Virus record (IMG/VR): IMGVR_UViG_3300020183_000049 | DNA: 64,000 bases | Reading direction: 5' to 3' (one strand) | Origin: an uncultured virus (IMG/VR IMGVR_UViG_3300020183_000049) | Taxonomy: Duplodnaviria > Heunggongvirae > Uroviricota > Caudoviricetes | Shown: positions 48,141 through 58,052 of the stretch, piece by piece | How positions within the stretch are numbered: position 1 is the stretch's first letter | How the letters are laid out: every line of letters starts with the position of its first letter | The notes under the pieces: model-generated | Told to the model about the DNA's origin: nothing | Databases searched by the model: none | The model's input: only the letters and a program-made list of their open reading frames with translations | Translations under genes and position numbers: made by a program

Positions 48141-49571
48141 TTATGGAAAAATTTGACGAGCAGATGTTGCAAGAGCATCAAAATGATCTTTTCCATTAGA
48201 ATTAGATGGATTAGCTACAATGCCCTTACCTCTACCAGCATGTGGTCCAACAAAAAAGTTCTTTTCTGGTATTCCTAAGTTACCTAGTCCTTTGTTTGCA
48301 CCATTTGCATGATAAGGTTCAATCATAAATATTTTTCTAGGATCAACCCCTTTGATCTTTGTAAGATAAGGGGCCGCTTCACATCCTTTACTAAAACAAA
48401 TTATAATGGATCCCGGATTATTTTGTACATAAGATTTTATATTTGCAGAATTATTAAATCCAAAACTCATAACTTTCAATCCAGATGGTAATCCCCTTTC
48501 AAGAACTTTCGTTTGGTTTTCTGTACTCATATTTTTTACTAGTCCTCCTATAAAAATAATAGTACCAGAAGAAGATTTTTCGTTTAATCCTATTTCAAGA
48601 TCTATAAATCTTTTTATATCCTCAACATTAATATTTTTGGTCTTCAAAAGTACTAACATTTGTTTTAAATAAACAGGCTCCATAACAGAACCCGGACCTG
48701 AAATATCTCCTGATGGTAATACAGGTACATGTCCTTCCTCACCTTCATTATTAGATATATGCAGATGATTATAGTGATTACCACCAACGAAGGTTTGCCA
48801 AAGTACTGCTTTTTGGTGCCCCCTTTCAGCGTTCCAATTATATCCTAATTTTACTAATTCGTCTTTCAATTTATCACCTAAAGCCTTAAATTTTCGAGCA
48901 CGTCCGTTTCGTGTATCTCCCATTTCTCCATCAATAGAACCTATATCTACCGCTATATTTCTTTTGTGTCTACTATTATTGTTTGGATTATTTATGTCTG
49001 GGTGGCCGTGTTGTGCAAAATGAATCTTCGGTCTAACGCCTGCACGTTTTGCGGCTAATTCTATATCATCCAACAAACTTTTACTTACTTGATCATTCAC
49101 GGTTCCGTCTTGATCTGAATTAACATAATTATAATTGTTTTCTAAATCTTTAAGAGTTATTAATTCTAGAGTTTCTGATATAAAAGACTTGTTTGCAAAT
49201 TTTTTATTGATTTTACTCTCTCTTATTTTTTCAACTGCTTCTTTATTGTCATCTTTGAATTTTTTTACGGCGGCGGCTGTTTCAGGGCCATATTTTCCAT
49301 CCACACCAAACCTTGGAAGTTCGTAACCAAGTAATGTGAGTCCTATCTGCATAGTTTCTACAGTTTTTTGATAACTATAATTTTTATATGGTTGTTGTTT
49401 TAAACCTTCTGGTACGTCAATTGCATCTTCTAAATTTTTATAAAACTTTTCTAGATCCTTCTCAACAAAATCAGCTTTTGCTGGATCATCAAATTTTTGT
49501 TCTGTTTCAATCAGAAATCCCATCAACTCTCTAATCCTATTTAATTCTTCTTTAATCAATGTCCTATTCAT
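48141..49571 (-). CDS. multidomain: leader + peptidoglycan-binding + M15-like Zn peptidase + alpha/beta-hydrolase-like
   Basis: VDGKYGPETAAAVKKF; SRH..AVD..HYNHLH; CFSKG...DH. Confidence 0.7.
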   Translation of the reverse strand: MNRTLIKEELNRIRELMGFLIETEQKFDDPAKADFVEKDLEKFYKNLEDAIDVPEGLKQQPYKNYSYQKTVETMQIGLTLLGYELPRFGVDGKYGPETAAAVKKFKDDNKEAVEKIRESKINKKFANKSFISETLELITLKDLENNYNYVNSDQDGTVNDQVSKSLLDDIELAAKRAGVRPKIHFAQHGHPDINNPNNNSRHKRNIAVDIGSIDGEMGDTRNGRARKFKALGDKLKDELVKLGYNWNAERGHQKAVLWQTFVGGNHYNHLHISNNEGEEGHVPVLPSGDISGPGSVMEPVYLKQMLVLLKTKNINVEDIKRFIDLEIGLNEKSSSGTIIFIGGLVKNMSTENQTKVLERGLPSGLKVMSFGFNNSANIKSYVQNNPGSIIICFSKGCEAAPYLTKIKGVDPRKIFMIEPYHANGANKGLGNLGIPEKNFFVGPHAGRGKGIVANPSNSNGKDHFDALATSARQIFP

Positions 49572-49676
49572 AATTTATAATTATATGTATAAATATTTTG
49601 AGTAATGAAAAAGAACTCATCTCAAATTAGGATTGTTTTTATTATTCCAAATATTTATACATAAAAATAAAAAACT

Positions 49677-50123
49677 ATGAAAAAAATACTTTTATCAATC
49701 ACCGCCATTTTGTTTTTGGCACTATCTTGTCAAAAAGAAAACAATGTATTAAATATTCCGACTGGTCAAGACATTGAACTTTCAAAATCAAATGACGAAA
49801 CAAATGCGGACGCATCATTATCATGTGCAAGAACTAATAATCTTTGTAATGCTGGGTTTGTTTTGGAACTTATGCCACCAAATAGAGTATTTGCTAGGTC
49901 TCCATTACCCGATACCACAATTAACCACTATTGGGTAATGGGTGATACTTCACCTGTAAGAACAACTCGTGTTGCAAGACATATGTATAGACCAGGAACT
50001 TACACTATCAGACACATTATCGTAAGACCTGCAATCACTTCAACTAGTCCATCTTGCACGGATACAGTTAGATTTACTCTACATGTTCCTTTTCAAAGAG
50101 CAAGAAGAATTGTTGTAAGATGA
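49677..50123 (+). CDS. lipoprotein with PKD-like domain
   Basis: LALSC lipobox; YWVMGD...HMYRPGTYTI. Confidence 0.65.
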   Translation: MKKILLSITAILFLALSCQKENNVLNIPTGQDIELSKSNDETNADASLSCARTNNLCNAGFVLELMPPNRVFARSPLPDTTINHYWVMGDTSPVRTTRVARHMYRPGTYTIRHIIVRPAITSTSPSCTDTVRFTLHVPFQRARRIVVR

Positions 50124-50170
50124 TTTTTTCTTTTGAAGATATAAATATTTATAAATAAAAACTAAGTAAT

Positions 50171-50638
50171 ATGTATAAAAATTTTAAAGTTTCTGAACAA
50201 GAGAAAAAACAAATTATCGAAATGCATGGGAAGTATAGTTATAGAAAACCACTTAATGAATTTTTTGATTTAGATGAACAGGTGACCTCATTCATAAATC
50301 CACCTGCAAAAAAAACTCAAACAGGGATGGATCGGTTTAATACACCACCCAGATTACCAAATAACAGGGTAAGTAACCCGGCTACTGTAAAAGGGGACTT
50401 ACCGTATGTGTTCACGCAATATAAATGGTTAAAAGGTTGGTATAAAAACGGTCCAGTATCAACGGAGTTTTATTTCAATAATAATTCCGCACAACCTTGT
50501 AGTACACCTAATTGTCTTTGTTGGACTATTAGACCATCACTTGATTCCATTGATACCAACTTAGTACAAAATCAAGGTTGGTGGACTGTAAAAAATAATA
50601 AATTTTACTTTCAGGAGGTTTCAACTAGTAAGATATAA
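50171..50638 (+). CDS. leader-bearing hypothetical protein
   Basis: VSEQEKKQIIEMH...LNE...LDEQ. Confidence 0.7.
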   Translation: MYKNFKVSEQEKKQIIEMHGKYSYRKPLNEFFDLDEQVTSFINPPAKKTQTGMDRFNTPPRLPNNRVSNPATVKGDLPYVFTQYKWLKGWYKNGPVSTEFYFNNNSAQPCSTPNCLCWTIRPSLDSIDTNLVQNQGWWTVKNNKFYFQEVSTSKI

Positions 50639-50644
50639 AAAACT

Positions 50645-51115
50645 ATGAAACATTTATTTAATAATCTTTCTTCGGAAGAGAAAAACAGAATTCTTGAGAT
50701 ACATAAAACGGCAACAGATAAACACTATTTAACCGAAAATTTCAAACTCAACAATTTCAATAACTCTCGACCAATTGTAGAGAGTGCGAATTTCGAAGAA
50801 TTAAAAGCGGAATCTAATAAACAATCAGGTATACTTCAGCTAGATAAAAATGATCTAAAAAAACTTGAAGGTGTTTTGGAAAATGATGGATATAGAAAAC
50901 AGATGGGATCACTCGGAATATCAAAAATAGAAGAGGGGAAGTTTATTTGGGTTAAATCACTATCAGGAATGAGTGGTACTTCTACAGCTCAAGATCTACA
51001 AAATATGAAATCTCTCAAAGAATATGGTGAGAGTGTTGGTCAATATGTCAGATACGAAAAAAAATCAGGAAGCAGCTTCAAAAATATAACTTTCTACAAA
51101 ATTATTAAAAAATAA
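50645..51115 (+). CDS. MKHLFN-leader hypothetical protein
   Basis: MKHLFNNLSSEEKNRILEIHKTATDKHYLTE. Confidence 0.75.
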   Translation: MKHLFNNLSSEEKNRILEIHKTATDKHYLTENFKLNNFNNSRPIVESANFEELKAESNKQSGILQLDKNDLKKLEGVLENDGYRKQMGSLGISKIEEGKFIWVKSLSGMSGTSTAQDLQNMKSLKEYGESVGQYVRYEKKSGSSFKNITFYKIIKK

Positions 51116-51124
51116 TTTAAAACT

Positions 51125-51272
51125 ATGAATTTTATGATTATCAAAATCAACAGATTACAAAACAAGAACCAGATTTTGAAAATCATAAACAAGAAATAGG
51201 GTGGTTATATGAATGTTTAAGATATGATTAAGTTGTTATGAATTTACTAGGAGAAGAAAGATTCGGGTGTTA
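51125..51272 (+). pseudogene. 3' remnant of the 52241/52858 gene family
   Basis: AAACAAGAAATAGGGTGGTTATATGAATGTTTAAGATATGAT nearly matches the end of 52858-53352; TAA replaces TGG. Confidence 0.7.
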
Positions 51273-51343
51273 AAATTTACAAAAAACCTCCTACTGAAGT
51301 AGGGGGGTTTTTTATTATTCCAGATATTTATATGAAAAAAACA

Positions 51344-52072
51344 ATGAAAAAAAGAATATTAAATTTGACTGAAGAGTTAAATGAGATGAAGGTTTTGATG
51401 AAAAAATTATTAAATGAACAGTCTAATGCTTTGGGTTCTCGAAGAAGTGATTATCCAGCCTGTGTCTTAAATAAAGTAGGTCAAAGTGATAATCCTACAA
51501 TTGGTAGTAACAAGATTTGGATAGAAAGTAGTGTTTCTGGGACCGGGTGGAGTGGTTTTGCCTTTACTGTATCCGCAAATAAGATTGGTGGGGAATATTG
51601 GGATCCCCGCACTAATAACAATCAGGGGAGTTGGGCTGGAAATTATTTTTGTAAGGGGGGTACTTTTGTTGTAGGAACATTAAATGATATTACCAGAGGA
51701 TCCTCCACAGTGGCCAATACTAGGAATGAATGGTCTGGTGTTACAGGTGGAACACAACTAATTAAAATTGGTTCGAGTGGTGAGATAGTTCAAGACTTAA
51801 ATAAGATGTTACTCGAGTTCTTTGGAAATATAGATTCTTCTTATCTACAAGTACTACCCCAATCGGATCAACAATGGTTAACTGGTTATACTGCGAGTAT
51901 AAGGTCTTGTCTAAATGATTTGTCAACTTGTCCATCGACATTCGATAATAATACTAAAAAATTAGTATTAATATTCCAAAAAATTACAAGAATAAATAAA
52001 GATGGTATTGTTGGTAAACAGACATCTCAAGTATTGCTATCTTCTGGCTTGACAAGTCCTCCTCAAAACTGA
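51344..52072 (+). CDS. leader protein with C-terminal peptidoglycan-binding domain
   Basis: LLNEQ leader; IKIGSSGEIV...FQKITRINKDGIVGKQT. Confidence 0.7.
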   Translation: MKKRILNLTEELNEMKVLMKKLLNEQSNALGSRRSDYPACVLNKVGQSDNPTIGSNKIWIESSVSGTGWSGFAFTVSANKIGGEYWDPRTNNNQGSWAGNYFCKGGTFVVGTLNDITRGSSTVANTRNEWSGVTGGTQLIKIGSSGEIVQDLNKMLLEFFGNIDSSYLQVLPQSDQQWLTGYTASIRSCLNDLSTCPSTFDNNTKKLVLIFQKITRINKDGIVGKQTSQVLLSSGLTSPPQN

Positions 52073-52240
52073 TTCAATAAGAATTGTTAATAAAGTTATA
52101 AATTAACAAAGTATGGGTGGAATGACAAAAGGGACAGGGAGATTGAATCACGAAGTGTTAAAAATTTTATAAACAGAGAACCCCCTATTTGAGTAGGGTG
52201 TTTTTATTATTACAGATATTTATACATACAATACAAATCT

Positions 52241-52759
52241 ATGAAACATTTATTCAATGACATCAGTAAAGATGAGAAAAACAGAATTCTTGAGATGCAT
52301 AAAACGGCAACAGATAAACACTATTTAACCGAAAATTATAATATCAACGATATTATGAATAATATCAGAAGTGAAATAAGTAAAGATGGACCAAAAGAAA
52401 TAGAAGCAAAAATGCTAGCTGCTTGGAGAAGATGTAAAACACAACACAAATATGTAGGATTGAGTGTTTTCCCAGAAGATGAAATTGTACGTATTTTGTT
52501 TTATTTATTGATTTGTGCACGTACTGAAAAATATATTAAAGATGAAACGGAAGCTGGTAATCCTCCCCCACCTGAGATACTTCGGAAGTTCAACGAACAA
52601 AGAGCTCGTGTTCTCAATGATTACGCAGATAGGTTGAAGGAATACTCGGAAACACAAAAAAATATTAAAGAGTTAGAGCCAGATTTTAAACAAGAATTAG
52701 AGTGGTTTTATGAATGCATAAAAAATGATGCAGTTTTGATGGGTCTAGTGGGAGGATAA
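52241..52759 (+). CDS. MKHLFN-leader protein, paralog of 52858
   Basis: First 88 nt identical to 52858; AAWxRCKxQHKYV shared. Confidence 0.8.
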   Translation: MKHLFNDISKDEKNRILEMHKTATDKHYLTENYNINDIMNNIRSEISKDGPKEIEAKMLAAWRRCKTQHKYVGLSVFPEDEIVRILFYLLICARTEKYIKDETEAGNPPPPEILRKFNEQRARVLNDYADRLKEYSETQKNIKELEPDFKQELEWFYECIKNDAVLMGLVGG

Positions 52760-52857
52760 AGATTAGGATCTTAAAATTAAAAATAAACAAAAAGCCCCCT
52801 ATATTAAAGTAGGGGGTTTTTTATTATTCCAGATATTTATACATAAAATACAAATCT

Positions 52858-53352
52858 ATGAAACATTTATTCAATGACATCAGTAAAGATGAGAAAAACA
52901 GAATTCTTGAGATGCATAAAACGGCAACAGATAAACACTATTTAATTGAAAATTTGAACATCAACGATATCATGAATAATGTCGATTGTGCAATGGAGAA
53001 AAAAGAACAATATGAACCAACACTTAGAGCTGCTTGGGAAAGATGTAAAAGACAACACAAATATGTAAGATTGAGTAAATTACCACAGGCGGTTTTCATG
53101 CATCTTTTAATTACGATGCTTATGGTACTATCTGGGGCTCTTGTCGGTGGACGTGCTGGTTTGGCTATCGGGGTTATTTTTACACTACTAGGTAATATGA
53201 AAGTTTTTGGTTTAATATCCGCAGAGATTGCAAAAGGAGGACCAGAAAGTGAAACCCTTAAACAAGAGATAGGGTGGTTATATGAATGTTTAAGATATGA
53301 TTGGGCTGTCATAAAATTATTGGGAGAAGAAGATCTATATTGTCCAGATTGA
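52858..53352 (+). CDS. MKHLFN-leader protein with central hydrophobic hairpin
   Basis: Paralog of 52241; middle replaced by two TM-like helices. Confidence 0.8.
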   Translation: MKHLFNDISKDEKNRILEMHKTATDKHYLIENLNINDIMNNVDCAMEKKEQYEPTLRAAWERCKRQHKYVRLSKLPQAVFMHLLITMLMVLSGALVGGRAGLAIGVIFTLLGNMKVFGLISAEIAKGGPESETLKQEIGWLYECLRYDWAVIKLLGEEDLYCPD

Positions 53353-53569
53353 AAATTTACAAAAAACACCCCCTACTCAAATAGGGGGTTTTTATTTTAA
53401 ATACATCATATAAAAAATGGGCGGGGGGATTGAACCACGAAGTGTTAAAAATTTTATAAACAGAAAACCCCCTATATTAAACTAGGGGGTTTTTATTTAT
53501 ACACATATTTGGAAATACGATTTAGATGTTGTATATTTACATTCTTAAACCCAATAAACAACTCAAAAA

Positions 53570-54190
53570 ATGGAAACATCAAAACCAAAAAAAACAAAGA
53601 AACCAAAAAAAGTTGTTGTCTTTTATCCGACAAACGGATTAAATGAGAAAGACATCAATAGACGAATGCTTGATAAGATTTCAGCAGAATTGGATACCAT
53701 AAAACATAAATTTAGAACGAATCTGAACGGACTTAAGGCTATGGTTGAAATGGATAATCCACATCGACCTAGCATAGATACTTGTCTCAGACAAGATTTT
53801 GGATATGGTTTACTCGGGATATCTGGAAAAGATATTAAATTATATTCTCTAAACGCATTCAATTTAAAAAAAAGTCTACCATATGATGAATTTAGAAAAG
53901 TTGTAACAAATGATCACGTTTTTGGGTGTCTTTGTTATACAAACATTATGTTAATCGACTTTATAAACAGTGGATTGAACATAGATTATATGGTTAACGA
54001 ATGGCTTGAAAACCATTTATATTTATGGGTAGTTATACGAGTCACAAAAGATGAACATAGTACAATTACCTCAAACACCAAGAAATTGACAGAAAGTGAA
54101 AATCCAAACTATGAGTTGGAGTATAATTCAAAACGTAATATGGAACACTATGAAGGAGTTTCTGACATAGGATTCTTGGTAAAAGAATAA
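53570..54190 (+). CDS. hypothetical protein, paralog of 31690-32238
   Basis: Shared motifs with 31690-32238; host-type promoter upstream. Confidence 0.7.
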   Translation: METSKPKKTKKPKKVVVFYPTNGLNEKDINRRMLDKISAELDTIKHKFRTNLNGLKAMVEMDNPHRPSIDTCLRQDFGYGLLGISGKDIKLYSLNAFNLKKSLPYDEFRKVVTNDHVFGCLCYTNIMLIDFINSGLNIDYMVNEWLENHLYLWVVIRVTKDEHSTITSNTKKLTESENPNYELEYNSKRNMEHYEGVSDIGFLVKE

Positions 54191-54307
54191 AAGAGAACCC
54201 CCTACTCAAATAGGGGGTTTTTATTTTAAAGGTCTCAAATTCGTCACCTTTATATCCATCAACATCTTACTTAAAAATGGTTTTTCATATAGTTGTTCTC
54301 AATAATC

Positions 54308-56083
54308 TCATAACCACTCTTTTCTAGAAACCCGGATCAAATCCTCAGGAGTCTTACGTTCCTGGGGGTTAATCTCAAATGTAAGTCCAATCATATTTTC
54401 CCCAATACCATCCATAAAGTAATTTGAAATCTTATTCATCCCCAATAGTTTGCTCACACGTTGCAATTCCTGTCTCATAGTTAAATCAAAATTATGTTTC
54501 TTTTCAAACACAATGTCTGGACGAGATTTTTCATATTTTTTTATTTTATCCTCAACACTTGGGGGAACCCCTTGATCGTATCTTTCATTTGAATACACCG
54601 TATACCCCTTTCTCTCCAGTATCGTTTTAACATCTTCGAGATGCTCAGATAACTTGAGATTTACATAATAAGCAAACCCAAGTCCTAACCCAAGAAAACC
54701 ATAACTTACCTTGGATGGAATATTATATCTCGACAATAATTTTTCGATATGTTGCTCCCTAAGTTTCAGTCCAGTATTACGATTGGATAAAGGTGTCCCG
54801 GGATTGTAAAAAGGAATGACCATCAGAGAATGGGGGTAATCATCCGAGGTGTCCTTTGTCTTTATACCTGACCCATACAAAGTCCTTCTCTCTTTCGATG
54901 AAAGTGAACCCATACCTCCCACCCCTATCTTATCCAAGATTTGATCGATGCTCTTATCCTCGTGTATGAAAGATTCATCGAAAACATCAACGAGACCTAA
55001 CTCCAATTGTTCTTTTAACGACAAATTAACTTGAGATTTAAGATATTCAGCTTGTTGCGCAATTTTAGCTTTAAGATTACGTAATTTATTAGAATCGAAC
55101 AACTCCATGTCATAAAAATAATCTTTTACATTAGGTTGGTCGAGCCCAATTAATTTCTCTGCATCATCTGTTAGTTCAGGGCCGAACTGCCATCTTTTGC
55201 ACCAATTAATAATATCTTCCAATCCTTTTAATGTTCTTTGTTTATTCCAAAACAATTTACCCATCATATTTTTTGTATTTGAGGATAGTTTCTGTAGTAT
55301 CATTGATTGGTTGGCGGATAATTCCCATGGATGAAAAAAATACGATTTCGAGAAATATTCTGGGGTAGCTTTATACTGTGCCGATAATTTTGAACTCTTT
55401 ACAATTGCTGGGTCTTTAACATGGGCAATTTCGTGGTAAAGTAATAACTCAATATCTCTAGGATCCATCTCCCTTTTAAGATTATCGATAATAAGGGTGA
55501 TCTCATCTCCTCGTGCAAATCCAAATTGTACAAAATCGTCTCCCCACATTTTTGGTGCTTCTTCTGATGTCATTAATTTTACATCAATATTTTTTAAACC
55601 TTTAGTTGTTTGAACTGGAATGGTAAAATTGATTTTTTTAAAAATGAATTTATTAATTGTTTCTGGTAAATATCTAATTAATCTTGAAATTTTGTTCATT
55701 TCAGTAATTTCATTTTGAGTAAATTTAATACCATACTTAGTTACAAACTTTGCAAGTTCTGGAGACACCTGAGATGCGGACGATAAAGTTTTAATTAACG
55801 TATTATGATCTATCGAACCTGACTTATATTTTTTTATTAAATCATCATACGATGATTGACCGAATCTTTGAATATATTGTGGTTTAAGTGACAGAACCTG
55901 AGATGCGAATTCTTTAGCAACGGTAGGAGTAGTTTTAGCAATTTGTTTACCTCCTTGACCCCTAACCAAATTAAGTACTGGTCTGACAAGATTTTGTCCT
56001 ACCCATTTCTGTGGTTGTTCATTAATAACTTTACCTATAATTCTAACTAAGTCAGATTCAGTCAATCTTATAATCTTTGTCAT
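54308..56083 (-). CDS. LTESDL-leader multidomain protein with HExxH motif
   Basis: YHEIAH...WELSA; first ~50 aa shared with the three kinases. Confidence 0.75.
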   Translation of the reverse strand: MTKIIRLTESDLVRIIGKVINEQPQKWVGQNLVRPVLNLVRGQGGKQIAKTTPTVAKEFASQVLSLKPQYIQRFGQSSYDDLIKKYKSGSIDHNTLIKTLSSASQVSPELAKFVTKYGIKFTQNEITEMNKISRLIRYLPETINKFIFKKINFTIPVQTTKGLKNIDVKLMTSEEAPKMWGDDFVQFGFARGDEITLIIDNLKREMDPRDIELLLYHEIAHVKDPAIVKSSKLSAQYKATPEYFSKSYFFHPWELSANQSMILQKLSSNTKNMMGKLFWNKQRTLKGLEDIINWCKRWQFGPELTDDAEKLIGLDQPNVKDYFYDMELFDSNKLRNLKAKIAQQAEYLKSQVNLSLKEQLELGLVDVFDESFIHEDKSIDQILDKIGVGGMGSLSSKERRTLYGSGIKTKDTSDDYPHSLMVIPFYNPGTPLSNRNTGLKLREQHIEKLLSRYNIPSKVSYGFLGLGLGFAYYVNLKLSEHLEDVKTILERKGYTVYSNERYDQGVPPSVEDKIKKYEKSRPDIVFEKKHNFDLTMRQELQRVSKLLGMNKISNYFMDGIGENMIGLTFEINPQERKTPEDLIRVSRKEWL

Positions 56084-56217
56084 ATAGTGATAAATATCAA
56101 TTCATAAGTATTTTATACCCGTGATACACCTATTATGAATATAAAACACAATATCCTACTTATGACTAAAACCTCATGGGTAGAATCTAAAATTCTGAGA
56201 CCATCAACCACATATAT

Positions 56218-57099
56218 CTACCTCGGTGGTTCCATCAGGTCCTGCATCCACCGCTGCAACCACCTATCTCCTGGAATATTTCGTTGTCCACCCAAATCAA
56301 TAAATTGTATTCCTTTATTTGGATCATATAAAAAATTTTCTTTATTTGAATCTATGTTAATTTTATTTTTGTGTAATTCTTCAAGATCTTTTTTGAAATT
56401 AGTTCTATGTATTTCAGGTATATCATCAATAGATATATTTTTCAAAGGTGTACCTGTTGCTTTTTGTTGTATTTGATAAACTACTTCTTTTCCTTCGGAA
56501 TCTATAAATGATTTAACTTGAACTGTTTTCATCACCCTAGGTGATTTGATTTTATCTTTCCAATACACATTTTGAATTCCAGGGTCTTGCCATCCACGTT
56601 CAGCTATTTTTGCGACATATCCATTTCCAAGATCAAATACACCACGATTATTTATACCACCTTGCCTTATGTCTTTCCCTCTGATTGCTTCATATCTACT
56701 TTTTATTATATTTTCTTGAGGTGTATTTGCAACAACCATTCTGTTTTTTTCAATATTTAATTGTTCGTATCTTTTGTAAAGAGCGTCTCGTACTTTTTGA
56801 CTCTTAGATCTTAGTTTAGCAAGTTCAGAATTATATTGTGTTTGGTTTATTTTACCCTGACCCAATCTATCAATTAATATTGCTTCTTCCCTATTAAATC
56901 TAATTATAATTTGTCTTAAATGTCCAATGTCTTGACCTAGCTTTGCTGTTTTAGAAATTTGTTTACCTCCTTGACCCCTAACCAAATTAAGTACTGGTCT
57001 GACAAGTTTTTGTCCTATTATTTTACCTGGTTGTTCATTAATAAGGTTTCTTATAATTCTAACCAAGTCAGATTCAGTTAACCTTATAATCTTTGTCAT
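56218..57099 (-). CDS. atypical protein-kinase-like protein with leader (copy 3)
   Basis: GVFDLGNGYVAK, IDSNKENF and FIDLG. Confidence 0.75.
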   Translation of the reverse strand: MTKIIRLTESDLVRIIRNLINEQPGKIIGQKLVRPVLNLVRGQGGKQISKTAKLGQDIGHLRQIIIRFNREEAILIDRLGQGKINQTQYNSELAKLRSKSQKVRDALYKRYEQLNIEKNRMVVANTPQENIIKSRYEAIRGKDIRQGGINNRGVFDLGNGYVAKIAERGWQDPGIQNVYWKDKIKSPRVMKTVQVKSFIDSEGKEVVYQIQQKATGTPLKNISIDDIPEIHRTNFKKDLEELHKNKINIDSNKENFLYDPNKGIQFIDLGGQRNIPGDRWLQRWMQDLMEPPR

Positions 57100-57133
57100 A
57101 ATATATTATAGTGATAAATATAAATTATTTTAA

Positions 57134-58021
57134 CTATTTTTTTAACAACACATCTAAAATTTTTTCAGCGCTTGTATGTTTATATTTCTGTATCCCCCCC
57201 AAATCAATAAATTGTATTCCTTTATTCGGATCGTATAAAAAATTTTCTGGATTTGGATCTACAAATACATTATTTCTGTATAATTCTTCGAGATCTTTTT
57301 TGAAATTTATTTTATGTATTTCAGGTATTTTTTCTATTTCTGTTTTAGTTAATTTGTTCATAGGTCTACCTGTTGCTTTTTGTTGTACTTGATAAACTAC
57401 TTCTTTTCCTTCGGAATTTATAAATGATCTAACTTGAACTGTTTTCATCACCCTAGGTGATTTTATTCTATCTTTCCATTTCAAATTTCGAATTCCGGGA
57501 TCATTCCATCCCATATCAGATAATTTTGCAACATTTCCATCCCCAAGTTCAAATACACCAAGATTATTTGAACCACCTTGCCTTATGTCTTTCCCTCTGA
57601 TTGCGTCATATCTACTTTTTATTATATTTTCTTGAGGTGTATTTGCAACAACCATTCTGTTTTTTTCAATATTAATTTGTTGTCGTAGTTTTGTAATACC
57701 ATTTCGTACATTTTCAATATCGTATTTTTTCAATAGTTCACCATAGTCAGAAGCGAATTGTTGGGCGTTTATTTCTTTGTTACGGAGTTTAGCCATCAAT
57801 AATGCTTCTTTTTCTAAGAAGAGTTTTTCCTGATTTCGTAAATACTTAATTTTTTCGGCATATCTCCCTACGTTAGAAATTTGTTTACCTCCTTGACCCC
57901 TAACCCAATTAAGTACTGGTCTGACAAGTTTTTGTCCTATTATTTTACCTGGTTGTTCATTAATAAGTTTTCTTACAATTCTAACCAATTCAGATTCCGT
58001 TAACCTTATAATCTTTTTCAT
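57134..58021 (-). CDS. atypical protein-kinase-like protein with leader (copy 2)
   Basis: GVFELGDGNVAK, VDPNPENF and FIDLG. Confidence 0.75.
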   Translation of the reverse strand: MKKIIRLTESELVRIVRKLINEQPGKIIGQKLVRPVLNWVRGQGGKQISNVGRYAEKIKYLRNQEKLFLEKEALLMAKLRNKEINAQQFASDYGELLKKYDIENVRNGITKLRQQINIEKNRMVVANTPQENIIKSRYDAIRGKDIRQGGSNNLGVFELGDGNVAKLSDMGWNDPGIRNLKWKDRIKSPRVMKTVQVRSFINSEGKEVVYQVQQKATGRPMNKLTKTEIEKIPEIHKINFKKDLEELYRNNVFVDPNPENFLYDPNKGIQFIDLGGIQKYKHTSAEKILDVLLKK

Positions 58022-58052
58022 AATATATTATAGTGATAAATATCAAAATTTT

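Larger units (their letters stand above)
51285..54222 (+). repeat. dispersed intergenic hairpin repeats (CCCCTA..TAGGGGG-TTTTT), three followed by ATTATT(C/A)CAGATATTTATA
   Basis: Copies at about 51285, 52179, 52793, 53367, 53464 and 54196. Confidence 0.85.

Noticed and set aside
53417..53448. Minus-strand tRNA 3' end (GGTTCAATCC...CCA) as an att site
   Set aside because: The T stem does not pair and the other repeat copies lack the CCA end.
51285..54222. CRISPR array or integron attC array
   Set aside because: Repeats are separated by whole genes or irregular gaps, look like terminators and lack attC core sites; no cas or integrase gene is present in the window.
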